A program made the position numbers and the translations under genes. Of a stretch of 64,000 bases of DNA, positions 61,731-64,000 are shown piece by piece. Every line of letters starts with the position of its first letter. The stretch's first letter is position 1. Source of the stretch: Asterias rubens (lineage: Eukaryota); contig NC_047067.1 of assembly GCF_902459465.1 (NCBI RefSeq), forward strand, positions 6,758,001 through 6,822,000, written 5' to 3'. The notes beneath the pieces are model-generated. The model searched no databases. It was given only the letters and a program-made list of their open reading frames with translations, and was not told the DNA's origin.

Positions 61731-62103
61731 AGACACTGCTATTGGTAATTGCTCAAAATAATTGTTTGCAAAAAACCTTACTTGTTAACGATCATTAGAG
61801 CTGTTGATAGTATAAAAAACGGGAAATTTAAACTCAATATTTGTCGTCGAAGTTGCAAGATGGAAGAAAAACGCTATTGTTACACGAAGTTGCGTGCTTT
61901 CAGATGGTTGATTTCGAGACCCAAAAATCTAATTCTGAGGTCTCGAAATCAAATTCCAATAACATTTTAATTGAAATTAACTTCGTTCTCGAAAACTATG
62001 TTACTTCAGGGAGCCGTTTCTCACAATTTTGTATACTTGAGATCAGATACAAAGTGAGAAGACTGGTCTTTGACAAATTATTTGCCAAAGGTGTCCAGTG
62101 TCT
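61731..62103. mobile_element. MITE family A copy with inverted internal segment
   Basis: TTAA flanks; about 61830-62038 reads opposite to the end motifs. Confidence 0.75.
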
Positions 62104-62107
62104 TTAA

Positions 62108-62435
62108 CATCAACATTATACATAAAATAACCAACCTGTGAAAAGTTGAGCTCAATCGGTCGTCGAAGTTGCGAGATAAAAATGAAAGAAAAAACACCCT
62201 TGTCACACAAAGTTGTGTGCTTTCAGATGCTTGATTTCGAGACCTCAAATTCTAAACTTGAGGTCTTGAAATCAAATTCGTGGAAAATTACCTCTTTCTC
62301 GAAAACTACGTCACTTCAGAGGGAGTCGTTTCGCACAATGTTTTATACTATCAACCTCTCCCCATTACTCATTATACCAAGTGAGGTTTTCTGCTGATAA
62401 TTATTTTGAGTAATTACCAATAGTGTCCACTGCCT
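62108..62435. mobile_element. MITE family A copy, one end missing, abutting the previous copy
   Basis: Ends CCAATAGTGTCCACTGCCT|ttaa; begins directly after TTAA 62104-62107. Confidence 0.8.
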
Positions 62436-64000
62436 TTAAGATAAAAAAACCCACATTTTTTCGAGATGCGTTTTTTTTCTGGGGGTAGTTAGCAGAGATA
62501 CCAAAGGGCTGACCTGCCCAAAATTGAAAGTAACGTTAAGCATTAGCATTCTGGTTTTGGCTGTGGCGTATGAACCAAAATACTATGATGAAACGTTTAC
62601 TGGAGTGCGCCCTCTGTTGAGTACCTGATTATAGGTAAAGAACTTTTTGCAGCTGGGCCTCGTTCCCGATCATTGTCGAATATTAAAGATGAGCGAAGTA
62701 AAGATCACGGACAAGGCACAGAATAAATTGTTATTATTCCATACACAGAAAACTGCTATTAGTCAAAAGTTACTTTTTATTGATTTAACATAAGGAAAAC
62801 AAAATCCAATTGTTCAAAAAAAACGTTAGTTTTAAAGTCAAATTAAAATTGTTCACTGCGTTGGATTAAGATGTTCCACTCACGTTTCTTTTGTGGTACC
62901 GGGTTCGACCCCCGCCGCAATTCGTCAATGACGGGTTGGACCTTTCTCAACAACAATGGTCGATTGAGTACATTCAATCAGATTCTAAAAATGTTCAGGT
63001 CTAGCCTTTGTGCATAAAGAGTGACATTACTCCCCCATACATCCTACCTAGTCTTGGTTCATAACATGAGAGTCTTGAACAAACATGGAGGTATAAATAC
63101 CATCCCTCCCGCCCACCCTGGGGGTGGGGGGGGGTGGTGGTGACCAGACACTCAAATGAGTCAACCACACATTTTGGGTGGTTATACTCTTTCCCTTTGG
63201 ATAAACCATGGAGGTAGTTATTTCTACCTCCACGGATAAACCAATACCATATAATTTATAGAGGGGCGCGCGGGTATAGATGAAAAGATGGGGTGAGTCA
63301 CCAGGTTCACTTGAAACATTATTCTGATTTCGTTGGCAATGGATGATGGAAGGACAGGGTTGGGGTAGAAGTGACGAGGATAAGAAATTGATCACACTTT
63401 ATTCCTAATGTCGTGATCGATAGAACATCGCCGCCGCCGCCCCTTTCTCACATACCTTCTGGGATTTAAATCAATCAGTCATTGGACGATTTCAAGGAGT
63501 ATGTTATTTTGGGATGAGAAAATATTCTTCACTAAAAATAAACACATCAAATGTAGTTTTAAATTCTTCATATGACACCAAAAATGATTACACATTGTCT
63601 TATTGCACATTAATATTTTAAATTATTACATTTATTTGAAGTTGAATCTCCTTGAAAAATCAAAACAATAAACGATATTTTTTAACCACCCTAAAATTAT
63701 AATGGACGGTCCCAGTGCGAACCACCGAGTACGCTGAACATTACAGCACGTTTTGTACGGTGTAATGTACACGTGTGTACATAGCATACCACATCGTACG
63801 TGGTATACATGCTTTTGCCTTCCTATCTTCAAGTGTCATCCATCCATCCAACGAAAGGAAGATGTAGGCGTATAAGAACCCAAGGAACTAACATTACTTT
63901 GAGTGATTTTGACGCAATTATTACCGGATTGTCTGAAGGAACCCATTAATAAACACCTAGCTAACTACAGGACCTTTTAGAGGGCAGAAACCATGCCTCT

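Overview
Eukaryotic, AT-rich animal genomic DNA with spliceosomal introns. The gene set and repeat landscape suggest an echinoderm, probably a sea star (inference). Six protein-coding loci were reconstructed by hand from splice sites and reading phase: (1) the last two coding exons of a NEU2/3/4-type sialidase (+); (2) an unrecognised 73-aa signal-peptide plus single-TM microprotein that the ORF track misses (+, 10437-12308); (3) a five-exon Dickkopf-3-like gene (-, 292 aa); (4) a five-exon BCL2L13/Bcl-rambo-like gene (+, 624 aa); (5) a 919-aa three-Ig-domain receptor with a tyrosine-motif-rich tail and a single-exon CDS (-); (6) an intronless four-jointed/FJX1 Golgi kinase (-). Non-coding DNA is dense in non-autonomous elements, classified by termini and target-site duplication (TSD): Kolobok/T2-like (TTAA, at least 4 families, one with about 12 copies), Ginger1-like (CCGG), PIF/Harbinger-like (CWG and TAA), Mutator-like foldbacks (9 bp), Tc1/mariner-pogo/Tc2-like (TA), tRNA-derived SINEs and L2 remnants. 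The most striking structure is a 2.7-kb L1/Tx1 ORF2 fragment, truncated at both ends and lacking a tail, inside a Ginger1-like MITE. An empty copy of that MITE lies 12 kb away and shows the insertion site. No rRNA, bona fide tRNA or CRISPR array was seen. All family calls come from remembered motifs; no database search was run.
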